A stretch of DNA of 63,165 bases, filler included, from Stramenopiles sp. TOSAG23-3 (taxonomy: Eukaryota), in NCBI GenBank assembly GCA_900128585.1. It is 21 parts of 21 records of this genome, joined end to end, with 100 filler letters (N's around TTAATTAATTAA, not from the genome) between each part and the next. Parts side by side here need not be neighbours in the genome. Positions count along the whole stretch, not along the records: positions 48,271 to 51,177 come from LT644538.1; positions 51,278 to 54,179 come from LT644539.1; positions 54,280 to 57,177 come from LT644540.1; positions 57,278 to 60,173 come from LT644541.1; 17 more parts are not named here. The stretch is one strand, 5' to 3'. The position numbers and the translations under genes were made by a program. How positions within the stretch are numbered: position 1 is the first letter of the stretch; every line of letters starts with the position of its first letter. Below, piece after piece: positions 48,433 through 58,784 of the stretch. Below the pieces are notes generated by a model that made no database searches, was not told the DNA's origin, and was given only the letters and a program-made list of their open reading frames with translations.

Positions 48433-50148
48433 TTGATCGCCGAGCGCGATTATTTTAAGACAAAAGCCGCGCAGCGGGAAGCGAAAGCCCAAGAGGTTTC
48501 CATAAAGGTGGAACGCCTCGAATCGAACATTAGTGCACTGCAACTAACGAATAAATCGTTGGTTGAACAACTTAGTGCCGGGGAGGGAAACGGTGCTGTC
48601 GATCCCGCAATTCTTGAGCAGCTCGCTTCGATGCAAAAGGCATCAACAGAGAGTTCTCAAGCTGCAACGGCCGAACTGGAGACAATCACAGCAGAACTTG
48701 CAGAACTAAACAAGCAGCACTATCGAACGAGCAACGAGTTGAAGGAAAAGTCAAAAGCTTTCAGTGAACTCGAAACGAAACTGGCAGAGGCCGAGCAGCT
48801 GTCACCGGAAACCATTGAACAGATGATAGTAGAGAAATGCAAATCAATTCGGCGACGACTTCAAAAACAAATACTAAGATTTGCAGTGCTAACGTTCAAG
48901 CATGCCAAGGTCAAACTAGCGTTAGACGACGAGCGCCAAATTGTGGAGCAGATAAAAGCAAAGAATTTAGAGCGCAAACACACGGAGGCGTCCTTTTTAG
49001 GGGAACTTGTAGATGGAACAGAGCAATGTAGGGTAATTGCAAGGCGCCAATCAAAAAACGAAAAACTCAAGTCCGGCGACCACCGCCTGATGTTTCAGCG
49101 AGTGTCTCAGCGACTGTTGCGAATTTTGCAAATGTTACAAGAACGAGGGGTCCATCTAACGACGGACGACGATGTAAAGATAATTGAAGCCACAAGAGAG
49201 AAAATTGAAGCCGAAGATGAAGCCAAGTCAAACGATCCTCCCATCACCTTGGAATCAAAACTTGCAAATGAGCTTGGCGAAACCGACGTTGAGAAGAAAG
49301 CGTTGTTGTTGCTCAAGAAACGGTTTGGTGTCAAGTTTGCGAGAAAAACGACCAGGCGGAGCAGTTTGCAGGCACTTTCGACGAACAAGGCGAAGGAGCA
49401 CGCAAGTGGATCTAGACGGCAAAGCCTACAAGTTCATCACCACAGAAGAACGCCCTCAAAGGGAGAATCAAGAGGGAGGCAACCAAGAAAAAAGAAATCA
49501 GGGATGCCAATTTTGTCAGAAGAAGACCTAATTAGATCGACCGGAGAAACCTTCAACGACAACGAGGCACTCCCGGTTTTGCAAGCCGTCGCTGCGCCGA
49601 TGGACCCTTCATTTCATGTTGAACGACAGCCATGGGCAACTACGTCGACGGCAGAAGTGAAAGTCAAAACTCCCGACGGCCTTCAACCACAGCCATACAA
49701 AAGCCCGTCGCAACTTAAGCATGACCATTCGCAGGCAAATCATAAGCGAGGCAAGTTGAGGAATAAACCACGCGCAATATCCAAGAATCTCAACAAGAAA
49801 AGGAACATTCCGGAAAACGGTGGACTTTTGCAGCCTCTTGCGGCCAACGGAATGCCAGGGTCCCTATCGCAGCAGAACTTCTCCATCGCTGGCAACACCG
49901 GCGTGCCCCAAAGAGAGGAATATCATACGCACAGGTTACCGACATCCCAGAAACCAGTGTTGCGGTATGAGGCACCTGAACAGGAGTTTGAGCCACTGGG
50001 GCCCTTTCAATCGGCATTTGAAGACAGCCCCCCTGCCCCGATGCGAAAACTGGACAGAAAAACAAGAGTTCGACCGAAGGTGAAACCGAGCGAAGTCTTC
50101 GATCGCAATGCTATCAGACAGCAAAGAGATTATCGATCTGGTAAATAA
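48433..50148 (+). CDS. Coiled-coil hypothetical protein, probably 5'-partial or spliced
   Basis: 571-aa ORF with long heptad N-terminus; annotated start is TTG rather than ATG. Confidence 0.65.
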   Translation: MIAERDYFKTKAAQREAKAQEVSIKVERLESNISALQLTNKSLVEQLSAGEGNGAVDPAILEQLASMQKASTESSQAATAELETITAELAELNKQHYRTSNELKEKSKAFSELETKLAEAEQLSPETIEQMIVEKCKSIRRRLQKQILRFAVLTFKHAKVKLALDDERQIVEQIKAKNLERKHTEASFLGELVDGTEQCRVIARRQSKNEKLKSGDHRLMFQRVSQRLLRILQMLQERGVHLTTDDDVKIIEATREKIEAEDEAKSNDPPITLESKLANELGETDVEKKALLLLKKRFGVKFARKTTRRSSLQALSTNKAKEHASGSRRQSLQVHHHRRTPSKGESRGRQPRKKKSGMPILSEEDLIRSTGETFNDNEALPVLQAVAAPMDPSFHVERQPWATTSTAEVKVKTPDGLQPQPYKSPSQLKHDHSQANHKRGKLRNKPRAISKNLNKKRNIPENGGLLQPLAANGMPGSLSQQNFSIAGNTGVPQREEYHTHRLPTSQKPVLRYEAPEQEFEPLGPFQSAFEDSPPAPMRKLDRKTRVRPKVKPSEVFDRNAIRQQRDYRSGK

Positions 50149-50723
50149 GACTGAAATAGAAAGATGTATACGATGATAAAATGGAAGAAGTAAATCACAA
50201 TGGAGTATTTTTCACAAAATCCCTGTTTCATGTCAAATCGAGTAGCAAATTTACGGAGCTATCTCCTCCTAAAATATAAATTTTCTTGAGCTCCTCTACG
50301 ACCTCGGAAATCGACGTATCTTCAAAAGTGTATTACTACAAAAATTAGATGAAAACTCTTTTTCTCTTCTTTTTTTCGACCTCTCGCGTATGATATAAAT
50401 TCATTAGCCAATTTTCTTGTTTTTTTTATTATAATTAAGTAAGAAGAAGAAGAAGGAACGGATGGTTCATAATAATATAATTATATTAATTTATAGTGTG
50501 TACCTGTATGATATAATTAATTATTAAGAAGAAGAAGAAGAAACGAAGAATGGTTCATAATAATAATTATATTAATTTATATACTGTGAATTATACCAGA
50601 ATCTTATGCATAGAAACAAATGAAAGGACTTGATTTAATGCCCTCTTAAAGAAGACGATTCATGAAAGCGATCAAATTTTAAAGCAAAATCCTTTGGCAG
50701 CAAACTTTATCCCGCCGGCCGCC

Positions 50724-50836
50724 CCCGCCGAAGAGCCCGCCGAAGAGCCCGCCGAAGAGCCCGCCAAAGAGCCCGCCAAAGAGCCCGCCAAAGAGCCCAC
50801 CAAAGAGCCCGCCAAAGAGCCCGCCAAAGAGCCCGC
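50724..50836 (+). repeat. 12-bp minisatellite (CCCGCCRAAGAG) x9
   Basis: Three G-type units followed by six A-type units; reads PAEE/PAKE in one frame. Confidence 0.92.
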
Positions 50837-50932
50837 CTGCGACAAGTAGGTTTTTTGTTCGACTTTTAGAGACGTTTATGGGTCATTATCGAAGCTACAA
50901 GTTTTCGCTCGTGATTGTGGTTAAACTACAAA

Positions 50933-51177
50933 ATGTCGGTTCTGTTCTCTAAGCGTGCCATTGTGTTTATTGTCTTGTCATTTGCGGTGGCTTATGTTAT
51001 CGTTATATCAGAAAGTTTTCATCTACTCCTTTTTGAACCAGAAGTTGCAGTCACAGCTCACTCGCACACCGACCTAAATGATAAGAACACTTTGGTTGTG
51101 CAGACTAATCTCAAATCAGTACTCTCTTTCTGGAGCCGTTTTGCCCGAGGAAACAAGATATATTATATTGCTCACCA
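50933..51177 (+). CDS. N-terminus of a type II membrane protein, 3'-partial
   Basis: 'MSVLFSKRAIVFIVLSFAVAYVIVI' signal-anchor; ORF open to the contig end. Confidence 0.45.
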
Positions 51178-51385
51178 NNNNNNNNNNNNNNNNNNNNNNN
51201 NNNNNNNNNNNNNNNNNNNNNTTAATTAATTAANNNNNNNNNNNNNNNNNNNNNNNNNNNNNNNNNNNNNNNNNNNNAAAAAACGAATTTTATGATTAGT
51301 GTCGTAATCAATCATCTGCACGGTTTTTATTTGTCTTTTGGTTGTTTGCTGTTATTAATTTTATATGCCTATGAATTTTGTCACA

Positions 51386-52557
51386 GAGAGAGAGAGATTT
51401 ACGTTAATGAGCCGACGGGGGAAAAGAAAGCGTGGAACAAGCTAGAAAACAAGTTGTACTCGGACCCAAACCGATCGAGAAGCATGGAAGGTCTTTACGT
51501 GCCTCACAAAAGTTTTGTTTTAGTTGATGCCCCCAAGCTTGTCGAAGAGGAAGAGGAAAACGTGCCCTCGGAAGACGCCGCGCCGGCGCCAAAGAATGAA
51601 ACGCGAAAGACGTGGATAAAGAATTTGTTGGAGAAAAAAGCAAGGCTAAAGAGGGAGGCAGAGGGAATTTCCGAAAGCGAGCATAGCGATGTAGATAGTC
51701 CTGCCGCAGGGCGTACCAAATTTCGTCGTGCTGGACGGGAGTCTAAATTTGACAGCTCCGCCAGTGAAATGAGTGATAGTGAATACAGCTCTGCGTCTGG
51801 GGCGGGTTCGTCCGGGAAGCCCAGAAAGAGCACGAAAGGGCGAAGACGGGTGAAAACTACGCGAGGAAAGAAGAACACGAAGTCCGGGAAAACCAAATCA
51901 CCAGCAGCAAGCGGTGGGGTGTTAGACGATGACTTACTGGCCGGGTTTGATCCTAACGAAGACTTTCTGCCCGGTTTCCTAGACGACAGCCAGCAATCGG
52001 GGGGCGGGCAAAAGAAGAAGAAGAAGAAGCAGACGAAAGCGCAGAAGAAGAAAGACCTCCAAAAGCTCGAGAAATTTTGGGAAATGGAAACGCAGAAAGC
52101 TGAAGACGACCTTAGCAAGTTCGTTCTGGACTTCTCGACATCTCTGAAAGCGAAAGAAGGGGGCGACGGGCTGGTACTAGACTCGTTTTTCGACGAAGAC
52201 GACGACATTGGGAACACCACCAATTCCCAGCAGAACCCACCCGGGCTTCAATCCAGCCTATCGTTGGAGCACAGCTTTACTGACAGGCAACTGATGACAA
52301 GCCTCGATACAGGGGGGCTGATGGACGAGAGTGGCGCATTAGACCATTCGCTGATGATGCCGGAAGACTTGGCAAGCGGCATGGTGTCGATGAGCCTGGA
52401 CAAATCGGACTTTACGCTAAGGGCGGGCCAAGTAGCTGCAAACCTTTCCCTGTCTACATCCGGTAGTGTTGATGGCGTCAATGTCGGTGACAGCCTTGCC
52501 GGAATTATCGAAACTAGTCAGGAGAGCATGACGTTTGAAGAAGGTGTAGAAAATTAA
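51386..52557 (+). CDS. Last exon of a low-complexity charged hypothetical protein
   Basis: GC-rich ORF after a likely acceptor 'ttgtcacag' at about 51385; the upstream part of the ORF is T-rich and intron-like. Confidence 0.6.
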
Positions 52558-53253
52558 AATAGCCGTCTATCTGGTCAGATTGTTTTTTGTAACAATGTCC
52601 CTTTGTATTTTGTAATACAACAGGATTTTTAATGGTAGGATATCCCTTTTATATATATACTCATTTGTACGAAGATGATCTGTGATCAGTCTAAACGAAT
52701 TGTTCATAGGAATAATTATTAATCAATAATACCAATAAATAGTATACTACGGATTTTTATAATGCCATGCTATGTCTCTCCTATTGCATCGAGTTTATAT
52801 TTAATACGTCAGCAGTGGTCGTATATCCTCGTATAATAAGCTGTAGGCGTGTATAGGCGGCTGTAGGTCGAAGAATACAAAATGGTGGTGAAGGAAGGAA
52901 GGAAGAAAGAAAAAAAAAGATAATTAATAATAATAAAAAATAGCTTTTATTACTCGTAAGATACGGCGGAACACAGGAGGGTATTTTGTTTGAGTATAGG
53001 AGAACACAGCATTGGACGTTTCATCATCTTCTGCTGTTTTTTTATTAACCACCAGAAGAATTCAATTTACGAGGATGTGTCTGTCTGTCTGTTGCGTGTG
53101 GTGATCCCTTGGTATTGAACCGAATCTGTGATTCACAACCACTCATCTGCACATTCATGGATCCTAGAAAAGACTTAAGTTTGAACGTGGAATTTTATAT
53201 CGATAAGTGTTGTTCTAGTTTAAAGAAACGCGGTAGGCCTTTCCAATTGTAGC

Positions 53254-54132
53254 ATGGCGGCGGTGGTGGTGGAAGCGGTGAGTCAGGACAAGTGCAAGGT
53301 CGTTGTGCAAAGGGTTAATTCGTGCTCTCTTCTGTTAGATAACGACAGCGAATGGGGCAATTTAGGTAGATCGTTAGTCGTGTCGATATCTTTTACAAAT
53401 GTGGCAGATGAGACAGTCATTCCCAAGGTCGTCAAGGGCATTCTGAATATGCCAATACTTACGTTTGGATCATGGGGAGACGGGAGAAAACCAGTGTCGC
53501 TGTCCACAGCGGTAGCGGACGGGCGCCAAGACGTAGGACTGATGGTTATCCCAGCGGCGGGCCTTACGTGCAAGCTGAAGGGAAAGTACATTCAGTATCG
53601 GGGGCAGTGCAACAAAGAATACGGGGCCCAACTCTACCAACTGTTCAAAACTACGCTAGTGGAGTCGCTGGAACATATGGCCACTGGTGGGAAAAAGAAA
53701 AAAGAGGCAGCAAAGCGACCAGCCGGCACTCCTGCTTCGACGATGCCCGCCGAAATGTTTTCCCTTCCCCCGTTTGAAGGACAGTATACAAAATATGATG
53801 AGCAAGGAATGCCTACACACGACAAGACAGGGAAAGAGCTCTCAAAAAGCCAACTAAAGAAGTTGAAGAAATTGCATGCGAAGCAAATCGTGCGGTACGA
53901 GAAGTATTTGAAAACATCGCCGCCCCCGACAACGGCAATTGTCCTCCCTGAGTCTAAGTCTGCCAAGGAGCAAAACAAAACCGGAACAGCAGGTGAGCCA
54001 GCAAAGGGGCCCGTTGGTAACATTGTAAATGATTACCCTGTAAAGTGTGTATTTGGTACATACGGCAATAGGCAAGGGTTGAAAATTGATGCAGAATGTG
54101 GACCATTTACACACACATTTTCTTTTTCGTAA
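53254..54132 (+). CDS. DTD2: ATD/DTD2-type aminoacyl-tRNA deacylase with inserted CysRS-C-terminal-like module
   Basis: 'VVVQRV', 'KLKGKYIQY...KEYGAQLYQLF' and 'GTYGNRQ...GPFTH' resemble animal DTD2/ATD. Confidence 0.85.
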   Translation: MAAVVVEAVSQDKCKVVVQRVNSCSLLLDNDSEWGNLGRSLVVSISFTNVADETVIPKVVKGILNMPILTFGSWGDGRKPVSLSTAVADGRQDVGLMVIPAAGLTCKLKGKYIQYRGQCNKEYGAQLYQLFKTTLVESLEHMATGGKKKKEAAKRPAGTPASTMPAEMFSLPPFEGQYTKYDEQGMPTHDKTGKELSKSQLKKLKKLHAKQIVRYEKYLKTSPPPTTAIVLPESKSAKEQNKTGTAGEPAKGPVGNIVNDYPVKCVFGTYGNRQGLKIDAECGPFTHTFSFS

Positions 54133-54871
54133 TTTTCATAAAAAAATAATAATAATTGACAACCAACAACGAAACAAAANNNNNNNNNNNNNNNNNNNNN
54201 NNNNNNNNNNNNNNNNNNNNNNNTTAATTAATTAANNNNNNNNNNNNNNNNNNNNNNNNNNNNNNNNNNNNNNNNNNNNTACCGACTCAAAGAAAAAACA
54301 AAAATATTTCACCGTTGACACATGAAGGACATCAAAGGCTCATTTTCGTAGTCATGCGTTTTTTCCATTATTTGAAAAAACAGTAAGAAAAGTCACAAAT
54401 ATTGTGGTTTTGTTATAATATAGCATAGCATAGTAGTCACAACAAAATAAAACAAAATAAAATAATATATAGAACACATCATATTATCATATTATAGATC
54501 CGTTGTTTATAATAATATAATTATGTTGTTGTTTAGTTATAAATATTATTATTATAATTTATATATTAAGCTTTTCATCACTGTGTCACTGCTGTGTTAT
54601 ATTTTTTATATTATTATTATTATTATTATTTTTGGTGGAGATTATTATTAATTTAAAAAAAAAGGAAGAGAAGAATGAAAATAGATTTCATTTACATATA
54701 CATATGTACATAGAGTTGACTGTGTAATAGAAAGAAAGTCATGGACTGGTTGCCAGAAGTTGAAAAAGCCTTGGTGTGCAGTGGAGACGTATCTTTTAGT
54801 GTTTGGAAAGTAGGGGGTTTGCTAGTTTTCTTGGCCGTGTAAACATAACTGGAAGGCCGTAGGTTGTCGTT

Positions 54872-55936
54872 ATGAGTGACGTGGAGAAGCTTCTTCAGCT
54901 GTACAACCGTGACGCTGAGGATATCACCAAGAATGGCAACGTTGAAGGGGATACACATCGGATTGGTTTCAAAGAGCAACGGCAGTACAATGGGTTGGGA
55001 AAGGGATTGCATTCTTTGCAGCTGGCATTGGACCAAGAAAAACGTTACATGGCATCTACGGGGAAGATAAAAGTGTTGCGGAAAAGCTGGAGTCAGCCGG
55101 CTACGACGTTGGTGAAGAACGCTAACCAGAAAATGCACGACCTTATACATAATTTCAACTGTCATATTGGGCCATCGACTTACACGGACTGGAGGTTCCG
55201 TGACAACCAGTGGAAGCAATCGCTCATCGATCCAATACCTGGGTCGCCCCACCGAACGATTAAAATAGGGAAGCGGGGGAGCAAAAGGGACATAAAGTAC
55301 TGTTTGCGAGAACCTTTTTTTGTGAAGAAACAGAAAAAGAAATTTCAGCCGTCCACTTCCATTATAAAAGGGGTCACCCCTGTTCCGACGAACATGGCGG
55401 CGTCGCAAGCCAGCGAGGGGGCTGGGAAAAAGTACTACTCCCCGATAAAGTATCGCAGAAAGCGTCCAGAGCCGAAGAATTTTGTGACGAACATGGAGAA
55501 TGCGGACAACCAGTACCATCGCCTGCACCGGGAAGCCGCCGCTGGGCGAAACATCTTGAAAAGCAAAATCCCGCTGCTGCAACAGTTGACCGAGTACAAT
55601 TACAAGGACTACGATGAGCCGGAGATAGCCTTTCAAAAATACGTAAAAGGAAAATCGCTACATCCCACCCATAAAGTTTCTACTCTGTCCCCACCGCCTG
55701 GCCCGAGGAGAAAAGCTCAGCAAGTTGAATTCCCAGACCCGGCGGATGGACGGTTTGCAATGGATAGACAATATACGAAACCTTTGCGCCACTCCGCGTC
55801 TTTTGGTGGCTACTTTCCGCATACTCAACCTTTGCATCGCCAGTTTGTCAACGGCGATTACCACTCGAAATTGCGCCGAGAGCCCATGTTTACAAATTGG
55901 CGAAGACCAGAGAAGCAAGGGGCTGCGGCTAGGTAA
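54872..55936 (+). CDS. Basic hypothetical protein
   Basis: 354-aa ATG-initiated ORF with coding-like GC content; no family recognised. Confidence 0.65.
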   Translation: MSDVEKLLQLYNRDAEDITKNGNVEGDTHRIGFKEQRQYNGLGKGLHSLQLALDQEKRYMASTGKIKVLRKSWSQPATTLVKNANQKMHDLIHNFNCHIGPSTYTDWRFRDNQWKQSLIDPIPGSPHRTIKIGKRGSKRDIKYCLREPFFVKKQKKKFQPSTSIIKGVTPVPTNMAASQASEGAGKKYYSPIKYRRKRPEPKNFVTNMENADNQYHRLHREAAAGRNILKSKIPLLQQLTEYNYKDYDEPEIAFQKYVKGKSLHPTHKVSTLSPPPGPRRKAQQVEFPDPADGRFAMDRQYTKPLRHSASFGGYFPHTQPLHRQFVNGDYHSKLRREPMFTNWRRPEKQGAAAR

Positions 55937-56037
55937 AAGTGAGCAATTCGCTGAAATTAACAAAAGAGTGTGGGGCAAATTAGGAGAAGTTTTGACACAT
56001 TTTTCGTTGTTAACACTCAGTACATTTATTTAAAAAT

Positions 56038-56364
56038 AAAACAAGAAAATTGGCTGTTATTATTATATTTATGCTATTTTTAACTACTAAAAAAACAAAT
56101 TATTATTTTAGTATAGAGTATATGCTTTTTTAAGACTCTCATTTTATATCAATTTTACGATTTCAGTTCCAACCGTAGCTATCATATATTTACAACTAAA
56201 TCGACATACCGATTCGGATCATGCATGGAGTACACATGAGAATGATAGTCAAGACTAAGTGACAAGGGTATCTTGATTAGTAAAATCTCAGGAGCAGAGA
56301 TAAGTTCGCAGTTTATGAAGACTATAAAAATTTAACTGCTTAAATAACAGCCAATTTTTTCTTT
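56038..56364. repeat. Inverted pair of AACAGCCAA elements between convergent genes, enclosing shared internal modules
   Basis: Minus-strand copy at about 56038, plus-strand copy at about 56332; internal blocks shared with 9313-9470. Confidence 0.82.
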
Positions 56365-57072
56365 TTATACAACGCGGCCAAGATCCAGCGTTCCCGGGTC
56401 CGACCCTGCACAAAACCCTTCCATGGGCGTGCAAACTTCTACCTCCATCTGGCCCATGGCACACGGAGCAAGGAGGACCATGGAGAAAACGTCTTCCAAG
56501 AATTCTCCAACGTTGCCGCAGCATTTAAAGTACGAAGCTTTGATGCCCAGGGATTTCCGCATGTTGAACCGTAGAAGAACAAAAAATGACACGAACAAAC
56601 AGCCACCCATGAACAAGGCAAATGCGGTACACAAAAGGCCAAACAGGACGCCCGAATACGAAGTACAAAACCACTCACTTGGGTCTTTGATAGTTGACAG
56701 ACAACCATCCCAGTAAACCAGCAGCAGTATACAGTACAAAACAAAGACCGGGCAGCAAACACACAGGATGTTAAAAATCCACTTTCGATTGGTTTGATAC
56801 TTGTTGCTATCCCCCACCACGGCGAAGCCGTTCCAACCGATTCGACGTGCCATTGCAGCCCCATGATGGGGAAGGAAAGCGAACACAGATATCTGGGGGC
56901 AGAAAAAATAAGCACAGCAGGTCGGCTGTTCGCAGTTGTATATCGCCCTTTCCCACTGCTTCTTGGGGAGATCGTTACTGGCATACTCCATAGGCAGGGC
57001 CGTCGCAATCAGTGCACTGGAAGTACCTTCCGTTTTGGCATATTCTACCTTACTGGAAGCTTCCCTGTCCAT
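56365..57072 (-). CDS. PLAC8 family Cys-rich membrane protein
   Basis: 'WERAIYNCEQPTCCAYFFCP', 'LRFNMRKSLGI', 'EDVFSMVLLAPCAMGQM'. Confidence 0.82.
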   Translation of the reverse strand: MDREASSKVEYAKTEGTSSALIATALPMEYASNDLPKKQWERAIYNCEQPTCCAYFFCPQISVFAFLPHHGAAMARRIGWNGFAVVGDSNKYQTNRKWIFNILCVCCPVFVLYCILLLVYWDGCLSTIKDPSEWFCTSYSGVLFGLLCTAFALFMGGCLFVSFFVLLRFNMRKSLGIKASYFKCCGNVGEFLEDVFSMVLLAPCAMGQMEVEVCTPMEGFCAGSDPGTLDLGRVV

Positions 57073-57490
57073 GAGTAAATAATTTTCTGCCACGAACGTT
57101 CAGTAAAGTAAAACAGGAATCGTTTCGTCTGTACAAATTGTAGTTGGAATTTAATGGCCTGTTAGAAACATTAATGANNNNNNNNNNNNNNNNNNNNNNN
57201 NNNNNNNNNNNNNNNNNNNNNTTAATTAATTAANNNNNNNNNNNNNNNNNNNNNNNNNNNNNNNNNNNNNNNNNNNNTATTGTTTTGTTGAGCCCTGGCT
57301 CTATCCCAAAACGTATTATGATGATCATAATGATGAGTTTCTTTCAAGTCGTATTATACATTAACCTGCGTAAATGTGATATATATAATTTGGTTTTTAC
57401 ATTTGAGTAATAGAGATTTAGAGTTAGGGATTTTAGCGGAGGGGGCCGAACGATTCAAACTGTACTTCATATTTTAAACAACTAAGCATA

Positions 57491-57922
57491 TAATTTAAAA
57501 ACAAGAAAATTGGCTGTTATTTATAGAGTAATTTAACGCGTATATTTTTTTAATTAATTTAAATTATATGCTTGGGAGAGACATACGAATATGTCCTGGA
57601 AATCGCTGACCGGCCAAGCCGTTTAGGATTCCCAGAAGGTACACTTACATCTGTATGGGTATACGAACAGGAAACGATCAAACTCAATACCGATCATTAT
57701 TTCATAGAGCAGTACCACAGACAACGAGCCCCTTTGAAACATTTATGCCGCTGTGTATGATACTTTTAAGACCAATCAATTGGAATCTTGACCAGAACTT
57801 GGGGAGGATCTGCAATAGGAGGAGATTATTGTTCTTGAAACCTGACACCTTTTTTTTTCTTTTTAAAATAACATCTTAATTAACTCTAAAAATAACAGCC
57901 AAATTTTATTGTTTTTAAATTT
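57491..57922. repeat. Inverted pair of AACAGCCAA elements with arms of about 45 bp
   Basis: 57491-57536 'taatttaaaaacaagaaaattggctgttatttatagagtaatttaa' versus reverse complement of 57876-57922 'aatttaaaaacaataaaatttggctgttatttttagagttaattaa'. Confidence 0.82.
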
Positions 57923-58121
57923 ACTTCCTATATAATTTGTTTTTCAGAGTCTTAAAACATACTATATATTTTTTTTTAAAATTTTGTTTGTCATTAAATA
58001 CTTCCTTCTTTTCTCTGGTCTGGCCAATTTTTTGTTTTTGTCTGGTCTCTTTTATCATCTGCATCAGTTTTTACGTATTCAACTGCCTTCTCCGGTATTT
58101 AAAACTTTATATATCATAAAT

Positions 58122-58784
58122 TCACCCTCTTTCTACACGCGTCTTGCGATCCTTGACCGAATGTCTTCCAGCAAGTAACGAAACGCTTTGCCCCCCTCTG
58201 GCCGAATAACAAAACTCCTCCACAGGGCATGCAGCAGAAAACATGGTAATCCACCCAAATTGAATTACTTGCTGAGAATAGCAATTGATTAAATTCATTT
58301 TGTCATCGCACATGATAGCATTACGCTCACATTCATTTCTCGCAAGAACATGTGGGTCGTCTGCATCCGTTATTTCTTTTGTAAATGCGTGAGTAAATTC
58401 TGCAAATGTAACCCATCCATCGCCATTTGTATCAAAATGAGACATTGCGTGTTGAGGAGATCGAAATTGTTTTCGTTCAATACCTGGTGACCCTGCTGAC
58501 AAGTAATGTAAAGTATGGTAAGCTTCATTAAGCTCTTTCAGATAACACCCAATTTCTTCGCATGAAACTGTACCACTCCCATCTTCATCAATAGCAGTAT
58601 ATAAATCCATTACAGCTTTTAATCCTGCCTGGTGATTCTGGGCAAGGAATATTGTGGAGCGCATGGGTGAGAACGACCGATACAGTTTCGATGAGAATAA
58701 AAAACTTAATCCGTGCTCAGTAAACTTGATGAGGCGCGGGAAGAGATATGGAAAAGAGAAAAATCTACAAAGTAGAAAAGGCAT
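58122..58784 (-). pseudogene. Fragment with two EF-hands and an anoctamin/TMEM16-like segment
   Basis: 'DEDGSGTVSCEEI', 'DTNGDGWVTFAEF', 'YSQQVIQFGWITMFSAACP'; similarity is limited to about 58220-58640. Confidence 0.5.

Noticed and set aside
50425-50590. Imperfect ~85-bp tandem duplication with (AAG)n
   Set aside because: Local low-complexity duplication with no evidence of function
54692-55636. 314-aa minus-strand ORF
   Set aside because: Almost fully antisense to the 54872-55936 ORF, which has a proper ATG and downstream element; no recognisable motif
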